NCBI RefSeq assembly: GCF_032444005.1
Contig: NC_091283.1
Coordinates: forward strand, 176,762,001-176,826,000
Length of the DNA stretch: 64,000 nucleotides
DNA from: Ranitomeya imitator
Taxonomy: Eukaryota
Direction: 5' to 3'
Part shown: in pieces, positions 12,401-29,400 of the stretch
How the letters are laid out: every line of letters starts with the position of its first letter
How positions within the stretch are numbered: the stretch's first letter is position 1
Translations under genes and position numbers: made by a program
Notes under the pieces: generated by a model
Database searches by the model: none
Seen by the model: only the letters and a program-made list of their open reading frames with translations
What the model was told of the DNA's origin: nothing

Positions 12401-13740
12401 TTCTGAGGCTGGTGACTCGGATAAACTTATCCTCAGAAGCAGAGGTGACTCTTGGTCTTCCTCTCCTGGGGCGGTCCTCATGTGAACCAGTTTCTTTGTA
12501 GCGCTTGATGGTTTTTGCCACTGCACTTGGACATTTTCAAAGTTTTCCCACTTTTTGCGGACTGACTGACCTTCATTTCTTAAAGTAATGGTGGCCACTC
12601 GTTTTTCTTTACTTAGAATTTGTATTATGGCAAGAAAAAAGCAGCTAACAGTCTATTCCGTAGGACTATCAGCTGTGTATACACCAGACTTCTGCACAAC
12701 TCAACTGATAGTCCCAACCCCATTTATAAGGCAAGAAATCCCACTTATTAAACCTGACAGGGCCCACCTGTGAAGTGAAAACCATTCCCGGTGACTACCT
12801 CTTGAAGCTGATCAAGAGAATGCCAAGAGTGTGCAAAGCAGTCATCAAAGCAAAAGGTGGCTACTTTGAAGAACCTAGAATATAAGACATATTTTCAGTT
12901 GTTTCACACTTTTTTGTTAAGTATATAATTCCACATGTGTTAATTCATAGTTTTGATGCCTTCAGTGTGAATGTACAATTTTCATAGTCATGAAAATACA
13001 GAAAAATCTTTAAATGAGGTGTGTCCAAACTTTTGGTCTGTACTGTACCTGTTAAAGGGGTTGTCCATTGAAAACAAGCAGGGAAGGTGAATATTTGCTT
13101 ATCGGTGGGTGTGTGACTGCTGGAACCCGAACTGATAATCACAACAGGACAAAATGGAGCGGCAGTGCGTGTGCTTGACCACCACTCCAGTCCCACCTTA
13201 TAGTGCCTTTATTATAAGGGACACCTGTACTTTGGAGGATAAGAATTACGGATACTTATAAGAGGCCCTGCAGCTACTGAATATGTGAGAGTTACGGGGC
13301 GTATTATGTGAATTTGGGCATCTTTAACCCTTTAATTCAGTTTCAATAAGACCATATGAAAATGTTACCTGATGCCTCTCCCTCTTCCTATCCCCTCCCG
13401 CCGTATGGCCGGTGCAGTGGAGACAGTACTGGAAGGTGACAACTTGTGTGCAGAGTATGAGCCGTACCCAGTCTTCCTATAGATGTTTGCTGTTTGCAGT
13501 GGTTTTTGCTTTACTTTGAGGTTCTGGCTTATGTACAAAATCCTAATTTGATCTTCTCCCATCCAGGCTGAGCGACGGTTTCAGAGTCGCTTACAGGATC
13601 TAAAAGATCGACTGGAACAGTCCGAAAGCACCAACCGCAGCATGCAGAACTACGTCCAGTTCCTGAAGTCTTCATACAACAATGTTTTTGGGGAGGCTGC
13701 TTTATCCAGCTCACCGATCCGTCCTCGAACCCCTCTCTGA
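464..13740 (+). CDS. ODF2: Outer dense fiber protein 2 / cenexin, 3' portion (5' exons lie upstream of the window)
   Basis: Phase-consistent exons 464-599, 1355-1465, 1629-1733, 3382-3540, 3784-3884, 4080-4242, 4769-4894, 13567-13740 (TGA). Translation includes LDRLHQQTAENTSLRLE, EEKLSLAHSEVQQLK, AKREETIHQNQLRLEEKTREC, ILDLETQLSRTKTEL and RLQDLKDRLEQSESTNRSMQNYVQFLKSSY..SSPIR, matching the human cenexin C-terminus as recalled. All introns are GT-AG except one GC-AG (4243). AATAAA at 13849 and 15042. Confidence 0.95.
8477..9279. mobile_element. 803-bp palindromic T2/Kolobok-like MITE nested in the DIRS element
   Basis: TTAA TSD at 8473-8476 and 9280-9283; termini AGGGAACCTGTCACCCC; two ~398-bp arms with about 3 mismatches around a 7-nt loop (8875-8881). 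Removing it restores the DIRS reading NTEALCLMAWPLNP. Confidence 0.92.
10110..10471. mobile_element. PIF/Harbinger (Tourist-like) MITE nested in the DIRS recombinase
   Basis: TIR GGCTATGTTCACACTTTGC / GCAAAGTGTGAATATAGCC; flanks TAA and TTA. Excision restores AYRVRGEPVPAGIKAHSTR. Confidence 0.85.
11448..13045 (-). mobile_element. Tc1-like DNA transposon, defective transposase, ~265-bp TIRs
   Basis: TA flanks (11446-11447, 13046-13047); TIRs 11448-~11714 and ~12781-13045. Frameshifted transposase on the minus strand (ORF track 12389-12598, 12006-12521, 11702-12067) with GRPR, WSESKF, NNDPKHTS and DLNPIEIVW motifs; catalytic residues degenerate. Confidence 0.93.
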
Positions 13741-16125
13741 AAAAGACTAAACCTCAAAGGGTTGGATGGAACAGAATGCATTAGATCTCTACTGTCCATG
13801 GATCACAAGACAATCAACAAACTCTGGGGACCAAACTCAGACTAAAAGAATAAATTAGAAACCCTCTCCTAATTTGTTTATTTTTTTACACTTATATTTC
13901 TGAAAACCCCTTTTTGTGTATAAACTCAGGTCTTCTGCACTCAGACTTGGCGGTTCTCATCCACTACTGTGCACCCTGATCATACGGTCTGTAGTAACAA
14001 GGTACAGGCGTTATTCTGAGCACCAGATACCAGGGTTATTATTATTCTACGGTGGTTAAAAAATGGAAGAAGAGATCTGATCAGTTAGAAGTTGGTGCAA
14101 GAATTAATACACAAAGGTCGCTGTACACTGTATGAAGGGGTCTTCTCACTAATTGGGTCCTGGCTGCAGGGACCATACTCCCCATATTTATCTCATTCTT
14201 GGGTGGGCTTTAAAGCTCAGGACAATAGCGGTTTTATGGGGTTTTTTGCACATCAATAATCAGTTGTCTTGGTTTTTAACTCTGATGCACCCCGGAAACC
14301 ATCAACAAGGAGGATAGCTGCAGCTCTGAAGGCGTAATAAGCTTGCTTCACCCATGCAACATTCACGTTCCGAGTGCAGCCCGGTCCTGGGTCTCCTGAC
14401 TCACATACGAGACTGATGCATTTGGGGGTCAAACTCAGGCGTTGAAGGTCGGATGTGGAACATCGGCCTTATGGCAACTTCCACAATTGTCGCATGAATA
14501 TTTAGAGCTACAGGATTACCGTCTTTAGATTGAGACTATTACTAGATTCACTAATAGACCAAACAAAGCCACTGTGAATACTTAAAGAAACTAATCAGGT
14601 GCCCTTAAAGGGATCTCTGCTTTGGACATCCATTGAAGAGTCCCTTAACAAGGAGCTAATCACAGTCTCCTCTTCGGAGAGCCCTATTGGGGCACCTGTG
14701 ATTTGTGCAGAAGCGTTTACTTTCACTGCACGGGAAAAAGGAGGCATTACACAGAGTCCACATGTTGTGTAATACAGGACGGAACTAGTCCTCCAGAGCG
14801 AGACACTCGCCCCCCTCCACTGGTCAGGAGATGGCCACCTCAAACACAGGACCTTCCTCTAATAACTAATCCCTTATGGGGTGCAGGAACCGGACGCCTC
14901 CAGCCAGGCTAAATCCAGAGCACTCGAGACAATTACTGGGTTTGTATTGTGTTTTATATATTTTTTTTCTATTTATGAAAAGTGTTACAGTAATGATTTA
15001 TATTCACATTTGCTGTGTGAACCACAACCCGGACATGCGGCAATAAAAGATTTTGTATGAATTGTAACATGAGTGAATATTTGCTTGGTTAAGAACTGTT
15101 TTGGGGGGTTTTTTTGAGTAGCAGATTATCAGCACGTTCTCTTTTTCATCTATGGCTGTCCCGTAATCCAGAATATTTCATAACATGGCTCTGATCAGGT
15201 TTCATTGATGCCCGTGGATCATAACAGTCAGACTGTGACCTGGACTGACTGAGCAGATACACGCAGAGATATAATTCACTCCTTTTACTTTACACATTAC
15301 AAAAATAAGCACAAATCTATCTAATCATAAATTAAAAAAAATACTAAAACAAAGAAACAAGTAAAAGTTTCACTACTTCACACTTAAAGGGGTTGTCCAA
15401 GACTTAGATACTGGTGACCTTTCCTTAGGATAGGAGCTGGGAATGATCACTACACCGTGTACTTAGCCACCGTAACTGATAACAGCCGATCGTGGAGATA
15501 CCGGGATCGGATACTGATGATCTATCCTTCAGATATCTAGACAAACCCTTTAAAAAGATATTGTAGAAGTAATATAATCACTGCAATGATGACGCCTGTA
15601 GTAAGACTGGGGTGTGGTATCTAGGACGTCCTTAATGAAAGTTACCTAAATAACTGGATGCTTTCGGCCCCACGGCCATCCAGTACCATACATAGGAGGT
15701 CATCAGAATAAACATGGCTTCCAATCCTATTAAAGGGATTGCCTGGTTTTAAGAAAAGTGTCTCTGACTCTGGAACCATTGCTGCAGAGACGCAGCAACA
15801 ATGACTTTGTACTCAGACTTACCTACAATTTTAAAAGCAAATCCTGAAATATCTGTGCAGGAAGCTTTGACTAAATTTGAAATGATTAACCTGTGCAAAT
15901 TAAAATCAATCAAGAATGAGGTGAGGACAGCCATGTCACCCAACAGCCACCACAATTGGAGATATCCCTTTAATATGACCTCAACAGTCACTTGTGCGTC
16001 ACTATCTGGATTTCACAAATAACCGTAATCTTGTGGGGTACAGTAAAAAAACATTTAGACTCTGTTCAATGATGTGAAGCCCTTAAAGTATAGAAATGTC
16101 CCATATAATGTCCTCAAGTATCATC

Positions 16126-20890
<4,765 letters not shown>

Positions 20891-21042
20891 CTTGGCCACA
20901 TCCAAAAACCCCGCCCCTTCATCAGTAGGAGACAGAAAGCGAACCAATCAGCACGCAGAACGCAGCACCCTGTCACGGCCGGCAGAGGTATATAAGGGTA
21001 TGGTCACATGACTGGCGGTCACATGACGAGGTGGCGGCGATC
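20891..21042. promoter_or_regulatory. Compact bidirectional promoter PTGES2/BBLN
   Basis: 152 bp between divergent ATGs, GC/CpG-rich. GC box (CCCGCCCC ~20910), CCAAT 20944-20948, TATATAA 20989-20995, GGTCACATGAC twice (21002-21012, 21017-21027), and a ZNF143/SBS-like ACTACAAGTCCCAGC on the minus strand at 21153-21167. Confidence 0.75.
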
Positions 21043-22295
21043 ATGTCTGGACCTAACGGGGATCCGCGGGTTCCTCTGGGCGAAGAGTCCGCGGAGGAAG
21101 GTGAGATTGTACCTGCTCATTAACCCGCTGCTCCCCGAGCTGGGCGTCTCCTGCTGGGACTTGTAGTTGTACAATACCTGCTATACAGAACACTGGCAGC
21201 AGCCGCCGTCTCTTCTCGGCCACGTCCTGTTTACCTATAAACAGGCACCTGTGATGCAGGCGGCAGAGTCTGTCTCCAGGCGGTCACCCACTGGGTTATG
21301 GGGTCTTTAACCCCTGCACTCCTGGACACATTTTGGTTTTGTGCTTTTTTTTTTTTCCTTCCCATCTTCTGTAAGAGAGAACTCCCCCTTTTTTCTATCC
21401 CCATAGCCGTAATGTTGTTGTTTTTTTTGCTGGATGAGTCGTAGTTTTGTATGACACCGTTCACTTTAATATTAGAACAGATTAGAAAAATCCCACTGGG
21501 ATGAAATGCCCCCCGAGATCCATTACAACTTTGTGCATTTAACCTGGAAAGTAGCGCTGAACTGTAGGCTCATAAATCAGCCAGAAAAGCGCCATCCTCT
21601 CTACCATGAGCTCACTGATGGATCCTCAGTTAGCTCATTCAGCAACCAGATATAGACCATGCAGCACAAAAGCTATCGAAGGCAAGCGGCGCAAAATTTG
21701 TGATGAATCCTGATCGCAAAAATACATAAATTTATCAACAATTCATTTTGCTTCAAGGTGGCCAAATCCTTTAAGTTGGCTTACAGTTTGTTAGGCGTCT
21801 TCAGATACTTATTCCTTGTGGAATTCCTGGACATCAGTGCTCTCCCTCCAGTTTTTGTCTAGATCAAGTTACAACAGCCGGTATCTAGTTCTGGCTGTTG
21901 TAACTTTACTACAAAAGGAAGGTGAAGACGGGGAAACACCAGTCTCTCGCCCTTTTACATCTCACCTGACTGCTCCTAGGATTGTGTGCTGGTCCTGAGG
22001 GAGAAGAAAACAAGGGAAAGGGAATTCCTATTTCATTCTTTGTCCTAATTCAGCCCAAAGTGGCTTTTTTCTTTTTTGAATATCTTCTTCTGCTTATTTT
22101 TCAGACTACGCCGCCTTGGACTTCATGTTGGACCAGATAAATTTCTGCTTGGATCACTTGGAGGAGAAAAATGATCTTCTGCAAGCTCAGCTACAGGATC
22201 TTCTAGAATCCAATCGCCAGGCCCGACGTGACTTCCAGGAGCAGCTAAACCAGAACGGAGCGAGCAGACCCTCGCAGCAGGGTGAGGGGGTCTAA
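21043..22295 (+). CDS. BBLN: Bublin coiled-coil protein (C9orf16), 2 exons, 82 aa
   Basis: Exons 21043-21100 and 22105-22295 (phase 1). MSGPNGDP...DYAALDFMLDQINFCLDHLEEKNDLLQAQLQDLLESNRQARRDFQEQL matches human C9orf16 as recalled. Confidence 0.93.
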
Positions 22296-22679
22296 CCTCC
22301 AGACAATGCCAGCGAGCGTCCTGTATTTCCACGCCGTGGCCCAGCTCCCTCCCCGAATAGACTGAAGACCCTAATTTATTACCTGCAATGTAGAAAATTG
22401 ATGAACGTGAGGTTTTCCTTAGTGCTGCCTCTGGGGGGCGCTATATAGTAGGATAATGTTGCAATAGTGTTACCTGTGAAAAGTGGCCCTTGTCTTAAAG
22501 CATTTTATCATATGGCTAGTTTCATTTAGGCTTTTTTTTTTTTAAGGGAAGTGGGGAATGCAGAGCATAAGGTTGCGACTCGGCCCATGCAGCAGGGGGC
22601 TAACTGACGCTGCCACATATTTCAATTCGATGTGCATCATGCTAAATGTTTGTGCAGAGACCTGCCGGTTGCACTGTAA

Positions 22680-22797
22680 GGCCGGGGTCATACTAGCGTA
22701 AAATATGGACGCGTGCTATCCAAGAAAACATCACATAGCACTGGGACCAGTGTTAATCTATGGGGCAGCTCACATCACTGTAAGTGTGACCCTGGCC
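22680..22797. mobile_element. Short Harbinger-type MITE
   Basis: TAA TSD; termini GGCCGGGGTCATACT / AGTGTGACCCTGGCC. Confidence 0.65.
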
Positions 22798-23408
22798 TAA
22801 TACATGCTGCCTGCCCATCAGAGGCTGGCAGCTGACATCAGCATGGCAGTGAGGGCATGTGCTGCCCATGAATGATGCCCCCAAATCAGCTACTGGCTAT
22901 TGCAGAGGATGCTGCACATCGTGGGAACAGAGGAAGGCAAAAAAATAATCATTTATTTGAAAAAAAGGAAAGGGACCAAACAGAATACATTATACTGGGA
23001 AGGTGCCCATGATGGGGACAATACAGGCTGTGGCGTATTGTATTGGGGGAGGGATCTATGATGCTACAAGGGCCCATACATATAACCAACATGCAGCTGG
23101 GAGCCCAGGTCTAGATTTTGCACCAATGCCCATTGGACTGTAGTTACATCACTGATGCAGAGCAATGATTTAGCACAATCCAATAGTATCAGTGTCTTGA
23201 TATGTAAAAGGAAAAGACTGAGTTAAACTTGTGACTAGAGACAGGTAATCTTAAAGGGATTATCCACCTTGACCAAAAAGGGTCACTATTGGCTTTTAGG
23301 ATTACTGCCTCCAGTAGGTGGCACTAAAGTTCCTGTCGTCTTCTCTGAAGAATATATTTCCATATTTAAATTCCCAGAGGAGCAGTGCATGTCTTAAAAG
23401 TCTCCTTA

Positions 23409-23752
23409 GGCTATGTGCACACGTTGCGGGCGGATTTTGATCCGCAGTGGATTTGACACTGCGGATCTGCAGCTGTTTTCCATGCGTTGTACAGTACCAT
23501 GTAAAGGTATGGAAAACAAAATGCGCCATGAACATACTGCAGAAAAAAAAACACGAAATTGCAGCAGTGTATTTTCCGCAGCATGTCAATTCTTTGTGCT
23601 GATTCCGCAGCGGTTTACACCTGCTCAACAGGAATCCGCAGGTGTAAAACTGAACAAAAACTGGGGGTAATCTGAAGTGCGGTTTACCTGCGGATTTTGC
23701 AAAAACCGTGCGGAAAAATGCACACACCAATCCGCAACGTGTGCACATAGCC
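23409..23752. mobile_element. Harbinger-type MITE (same family as 16585 and 10110)
   Basis: TTA TSD; TIR GGCTATGTGCACACGTTGCGG / CCGCAACGTGTGCACATAGCC. Confidence 0.88.
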
Positions 23753-25930
23753 TTACACTGGCTTGGTGTTCTGCACGTGGAGAGACATTACCCCTCGCGC
23801 CCCACTTTAAAGCCCGTATATCTGACGCAAAGCTAACACTTTCACAGCCTGCAGGTGAAAATACATCTCTAGTGTCCAACTCCTGGTGGCAGAAGCTAGA
23901 ACCCACGGTATTTCTCCAATGGCACAGACAAGAAATGCTTCTCATACAGCAGAAGTGTTGACTCGCAGCAATTAGGCCAAGGCTTGGGCTTCTGTAATCC
24001 TCGGCTATCAGATCACCACAGGGAAATGATGAACGTAGCCCAAACATCTGCTGCGGAATTCTCCAGCCCAATTCACATTAGGAGACGCTCCGATAGCACG
24101 TACAGCTGTTTTCTTGATGGGATGGTCTCTTTGTTAAAGGGTCCTGTGACTATAGAGGCTGTCACTGGGACCTCTACCCTATAGGCAGCTGACAAGAGAT
24201 GAATTCCATTGCAGCATCATAAGGGACAGAGATATATAATATATATATATATATATATAATCTCTGCTTCCCTCGATGGATAATAGATGGTGGTCTTGAC
24301 ATGTAGTTTTTCTTGTAGGTCCCAAACAAGTTAAGGTTATACAAATCATTAAGAAATATTAGGAAGAGAATTAACCACATAACACATTAAGTAGAAGTTA
24401 ACATCACACTTTTAATTGAAATCTAAGTCATATAATGGTAACAAATGAGATGATGGTGGAAGTGGAATTGTCCGACTCGGCTTCCATCTATATTTTCCGG
24501 ACCCTACTCTAGTATACAATGACAGTCGGGACCATGACATGTGAACGGATGCAGCAGTGACCGCACACCTCTGCGGAGCCTATTGTGCCAGATGAGGAGC
24601 ACTCGGATTTGTGGCTGCAGGGAATTGCCTAACTAGCTATTACATAAGCTATATCCATCTTTAGACTGACTGATCACCCTCAATTTTTTCTATCAGACGC
24701 CACAGATTTTACAGTTGTGTGTCCCATAGACAGGATGCCCTAAACAGCAAGCAAAATTCCTCAGGATTGACAGCGGATTATTATGCAACTTCTGAGAGCA
24801 ATCTTACATTGCTTCAAAGCATTGGAAATAAAAAAAAATATTCAAAGCCATTTGGAATCTCAACAAAAATCAGATTTAAAAAAAAAAATCCAACCATTTT
24901 GTGCTTACTGCTCCTGTGCTGACTGACTTTTTTGTCTCTATGGTAAGACAACAAAACCTTGTGTGGTCTGATCATTCAGCCGTGTGTTTCTTCACCCCCT
25001 GCCTCCCAATTCTAACCATCTGTCAGCTGTCAGTCACCATGCGCACACATCAGTCTGCATCAAAGATGAATACACAATCATAGGACTTTATGGTTCTTCT
25101 TTAAATCACTCTCAGCTGTATTAATTAGATTCTGTCTGTAAGGGGTCAATATAGTTGACATTTTGGACAGTAGGAATTTTCCCTTACTGATAACCAAGGC
25201 CACCCATTTGCGCTCTCTGGCGCATTCCTCCCTCAAACTACCTAGATGGTCTGATCGCTACTGGTCGCAGCATTGTAGGGGGTTAAGTGGTTGGGATCAG
25301 CACAGCCGGAAGAGGTCATCTATATATCACAGCTACAAATGAGCTAGTCGCTTCCTGCAGGCCTTGGTCCAGGTCAGGAGCTGCAATATATTCATTAGCT
25401 TTTCGGTTCCCCAGGGTGGTGTATAATTCAATGGCCTGGCGCGACATCATCTGTGAGGTGCACAGGTAACGACGTGCCAGCCTGGCGGATCATACGCCAA
25501 TCTGCAAGAAACGTCACACAGCTTCTGTCCAGGGGCAGAGAGCACGGACCTGGGGTAGAGAGCACTTACCTGGACCAGGGGTTGAGCCAAGCGATCTGCT
25601 CAACTCTAATCGCAGCCAAAACCAGCCATCCACTGCGTCCATTTTTAGCAATACCCTGCAAGTGGGTTAAGTAATTGCTGTTTATGCATATCCCTAATAG
25701 TCAAACAAGGTTTTAAAGGAGTCATTGACTGCTTACCAAACGTAGCAGCTGCTGCTTCTATAATAAAAGAACCAGGGTGACTACACGCCTACATGGTGTA
25801 CTATACCTCTGATCCTACGTCACCTCCTAACAGCTCACACGCTATATAGGAGAACACACAAACCTGGCCATTAAGGTGGAGCACAATCACTAGACTGTGC
25901 TGAGATCGGAGCTCTGTCCCATCATGGCTG

Positions 25931-26058
25931 CACACAGTAGCCCCTCTATCCTCATCCTAGGGCACACAGAAGCCCCTCTATCCTCATCCTAGGGCACACA
26001 GAAGCCCCTCTATCCTCATCTTAGGGTACACAGAAGCCCCTCTATCCTCATCCTAGGG
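25931..26058. repeat. 32-bp tandem repeat, 4 copies
   Basis: Unit CACACAGAAGCCCCTCTATCCTCATCCTAGGG with 1-2 substitutions per copy. Confidence 0.9.
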
Positions 26059-26425
26059 CAATGCAGAAACCTAAAGTTAAGACGCACTTGCAAAATCCTA
26101 GGTTGTGCTGCTCTGTAGACACTAGTGGACTCACGCAGGAGCATAAACCGGAGGGAAGTTAGCTGACATGCAATCAATACTTTTGCTCTTTTGAATAATG
26201 TCTACACCAGTCTGAACTTAGACTGGGAGAAATGGGATGTGCTGTGGAGGAAAAAAAAAAGCTATCAAATTTGGACTTTTTACCAAAGCTGTAGTGGAAA
26301 ACACAACAATACAGTGAATCCTATCATTGTATATATAAAAATGTAAGGTTTGGGGTTAAGCTGTCCTTTAACTACTTATTTGTTGCATCTCGCAGGAGCC
26401 AGTAGGAAGGAACTTCAGCATTGGA

Positions 26426-29400
26426 TTATCTGACTCTGCGGCGCGAGGTCGGTCTGGAGGTCGATGACGTTTCGTCGGTAGAGCGCGTTTTCTCCTCTTC
26501 GGCTTCCTTCTGGTCGAGAAATATTTCTTGATCCAGCAGAAAGCTGGCATCTTCCTTGCTTGCATCGATGACTGCATCAAAGACGGATAGCGAGTCTTCG
26601 GTGTCGCCACACTTGCCGTGTACGGAGGTGCCTCCTCTGGCGCCACGCGCACTTGCTTTAACGCCACCATCTTGCAGCAGCGGGACAGAGCTTTCGTCTG
26701 CTTTATCCGCAGGTGTCACCTCGCCCAGATTTCCACTTTCATCCTCTTGAACGGACAGCTTGTCTTGTAATGCCACACAGCTCTTTTTCTCTGCTTTGGA
26801 TCTCTGGAAACAAAGCGGTGTATGAATTAGGAAGGTATTAACATGGGGAGAATACAAACTAGACTTGCGGGAAAGACACAAAAAAAAAATATCCACACAA
26901 AGTAGATTCATTAAGATTCCCCAATGCACAGTTTTCTATTTGCTTGGCCGAGCCAAAACAGATCCTTAATAGGTAGGGGGGCAATGTTGAAGTACCCCAT
27001 AATGGTGTGTCTAGCATGGTCACCCAAAGAAACTACAGGTGGTCTGTGTGAATAGACCACCAGCACTTACTCTAAAAGAAAGATCCTCTTTTAGGCACTT
27101 TTTAAATCCACACGTCATCCTCCACCCCCTTAGTCTTACACTGGTCAAAACGGACAGCGTATATTGCCCAAAGTGTTCCCGTAAAGGGGCCATCTCCTCT
27201 TGTATAGTAGCAGAATGCTCCCGGTTTGTGGTCCAAACAGCACTGTACTATGCTACAAGCAGAGGCTTCAGAGCAGCGCTTACAAACCCTTCATAAAAAA
27301 AAAAAAATCTTGTATCTCTTCATAGTATACCATTATTTCTGCAGAGTCTCAGGGATCACCGCTTACATTTATGGCAATTTTCAGGTCAGGACTCCTTATC
27401 TCAGCAGATAGCTTTGCATAGGTACCTTCTCTGGCAGAACTCATGGGAAAGTAAAATGAGGCTCTGTTCCCAGATGGTCACATTAAATCTGAAGAAATAG
27501 TTCTATTTTAGCTCCCATGAAAGCAATACAGAGCTTGGCATAATCCAATGGATCCCATGACAAATGATAAAGGCCCATCATGTGACAGATCTGGCACATC
27601 ACTGTAGCTTTAATTATATATGGAAGTCTAATGCTGCCCTCACACGTCCGTGTATCACAGTCCTGGATTCACCAAGTGGCCACGGGTCTCACGATCCGAA
27701 CGGCTCATAAGCAAACATGAGACGGTCAAGGTCAGGAGACCACGGTCGGTGCATGCATCACGACACATGGAAGTGTGAATCCGTCCTAAACCCATAATAG
27801 AAGACTAAAAAGATTACTAATCTGTACAGTTATGAGCTGCTAGTCCTATGTGCAATGGAGGGAGTATTTTGTGTTCCCAGCACGCTCCGACGACTGTGTA
27901 AAAGCGATTAATTCAGGAGGCAGATGTAGAGCTCTGTACAGTGGATGGGACGTAGGAAAGATGATCAGAAAAGCCATGTGATGACATACAACACAGCGAT
28001 CTAGAACAACAGCTAAGGACACTAGATAGGGTGTTCATGTGACAGCAAAGACAAGAGAGCGGGCGTAACGCAACAACAGAAGCCAGGCCATGCAACAGGA
28101 GAAGGGTCTAACCTGGACGTTCTGAAAATGCACCAGAGACTTGCAGTGTGTGAGCCGAGCAGCAGAGTCACTAGGATAGAATTTGTGACACAGCCTGCAG
28201 AGATGACCCGCGACGGGGACCATATAATCCAGGCCTGTTAAACGGGAGGGCAAATCACAGAATGGATATCAAAAGGGGGAAACACAAAATAGAGAACAGA
28301 GCAGAGAGCATGATGGAGGGAACCGGAGCGGGGGTATGACAAGACGGATGGATGTTGGTGTCACAGAAAACAATGCACAGAATTAAAAGCAAAGTGGTAG
28401 AGGGAAGTTACAGCGGGAAACAAGAGAAGACGGTAGGAGGACGTTGTCTGGAAGCATAGGGAAAGAAGCCATGTGGATAATGGAGCGCTTCTCTGGATAA
28501 CGCTCGCTCTGACCCTCCGATCCCGGGGACGCCTGCACTCAGGAATAGGTCTGATACTCACCATAGGCCGTGTCTGCTTTGTATTCTTCTTCGTAATCGC
28601 AAACATTATCCTCTTGCTTTTCCTGTAAAAGAACAGCTTGCTTAGCTATGCGCGTCTTCAAATTGGTTAATAGCAACACAAAAGGAAACGTTTCAACGAC
28701 CATATTTAGCCAAACCCCATTTGGTCACAGGACATCAGAGGGGATTCATGCCCCCATAGTTTACATGACCAGTAACTCATCTGATGTAATAGTAATAGGA
28801 GTTTGTATGTTCTCTCCGTGTTTACGTGGGTTTCCTCCGGGTACTCCTGTTTCCTCCCACATTCCAAAGACATACTGATAGGGATTTTAGATTGTGAGCC
28901 CCATCGGGGCGATGATAATGTGTGCAAACTTTAAAGCGCTGTGAATATGTTAGGGCTCTACAAAAATAAAGATTATTATTAGTGGAGGGTTGCCCAGAAC
29001 TACATACTAACCTCAGAGGTAGAGTTTTACATGGAGAAATAGTCCAGAATTATTATTATTGAGATCCATTGTCAGAATACTGAATGCTAGTCTAGTAAAG
29101 GGGACGGCTACTTGTACCTGCACCACTGACAGCTAATCTTCCCGACCCCTCAGCTTAATAAGCTGCTGCCAGATACCCCTGGCATTGGCTGATCACCCTC
29201 AATAACAAAGAAATAAAGAAATTTTAAAAAATAGGCACGTTCATTCAAAAAGTCAGGTCTTTTTTTGTCCCGGACATCTGCAGTCAGGGGAAAGTTAGGA
29301 CTCCCTTCCCTTACATAAAATGGTCATTCATCCATTTCATCTATTGTGTATGGGCTTCTTAAATGAAGCTAAATCCACAGAAATGGCTCCCTCTCCCTGT

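Noticed and set aside
15801-16022. 73-aa ORF antisense to the PTGES2 3' UTR
   Set aside because: No recognisable motif or splice context; the length is compatible with chance.
20891-20947. 19-aa N-terminal extension of PTGES2 shown in the ORF track
   Set aside because: It starts at a non-ATG codon within the promoter; the ATG at 20890 has good context (AAGATGG).
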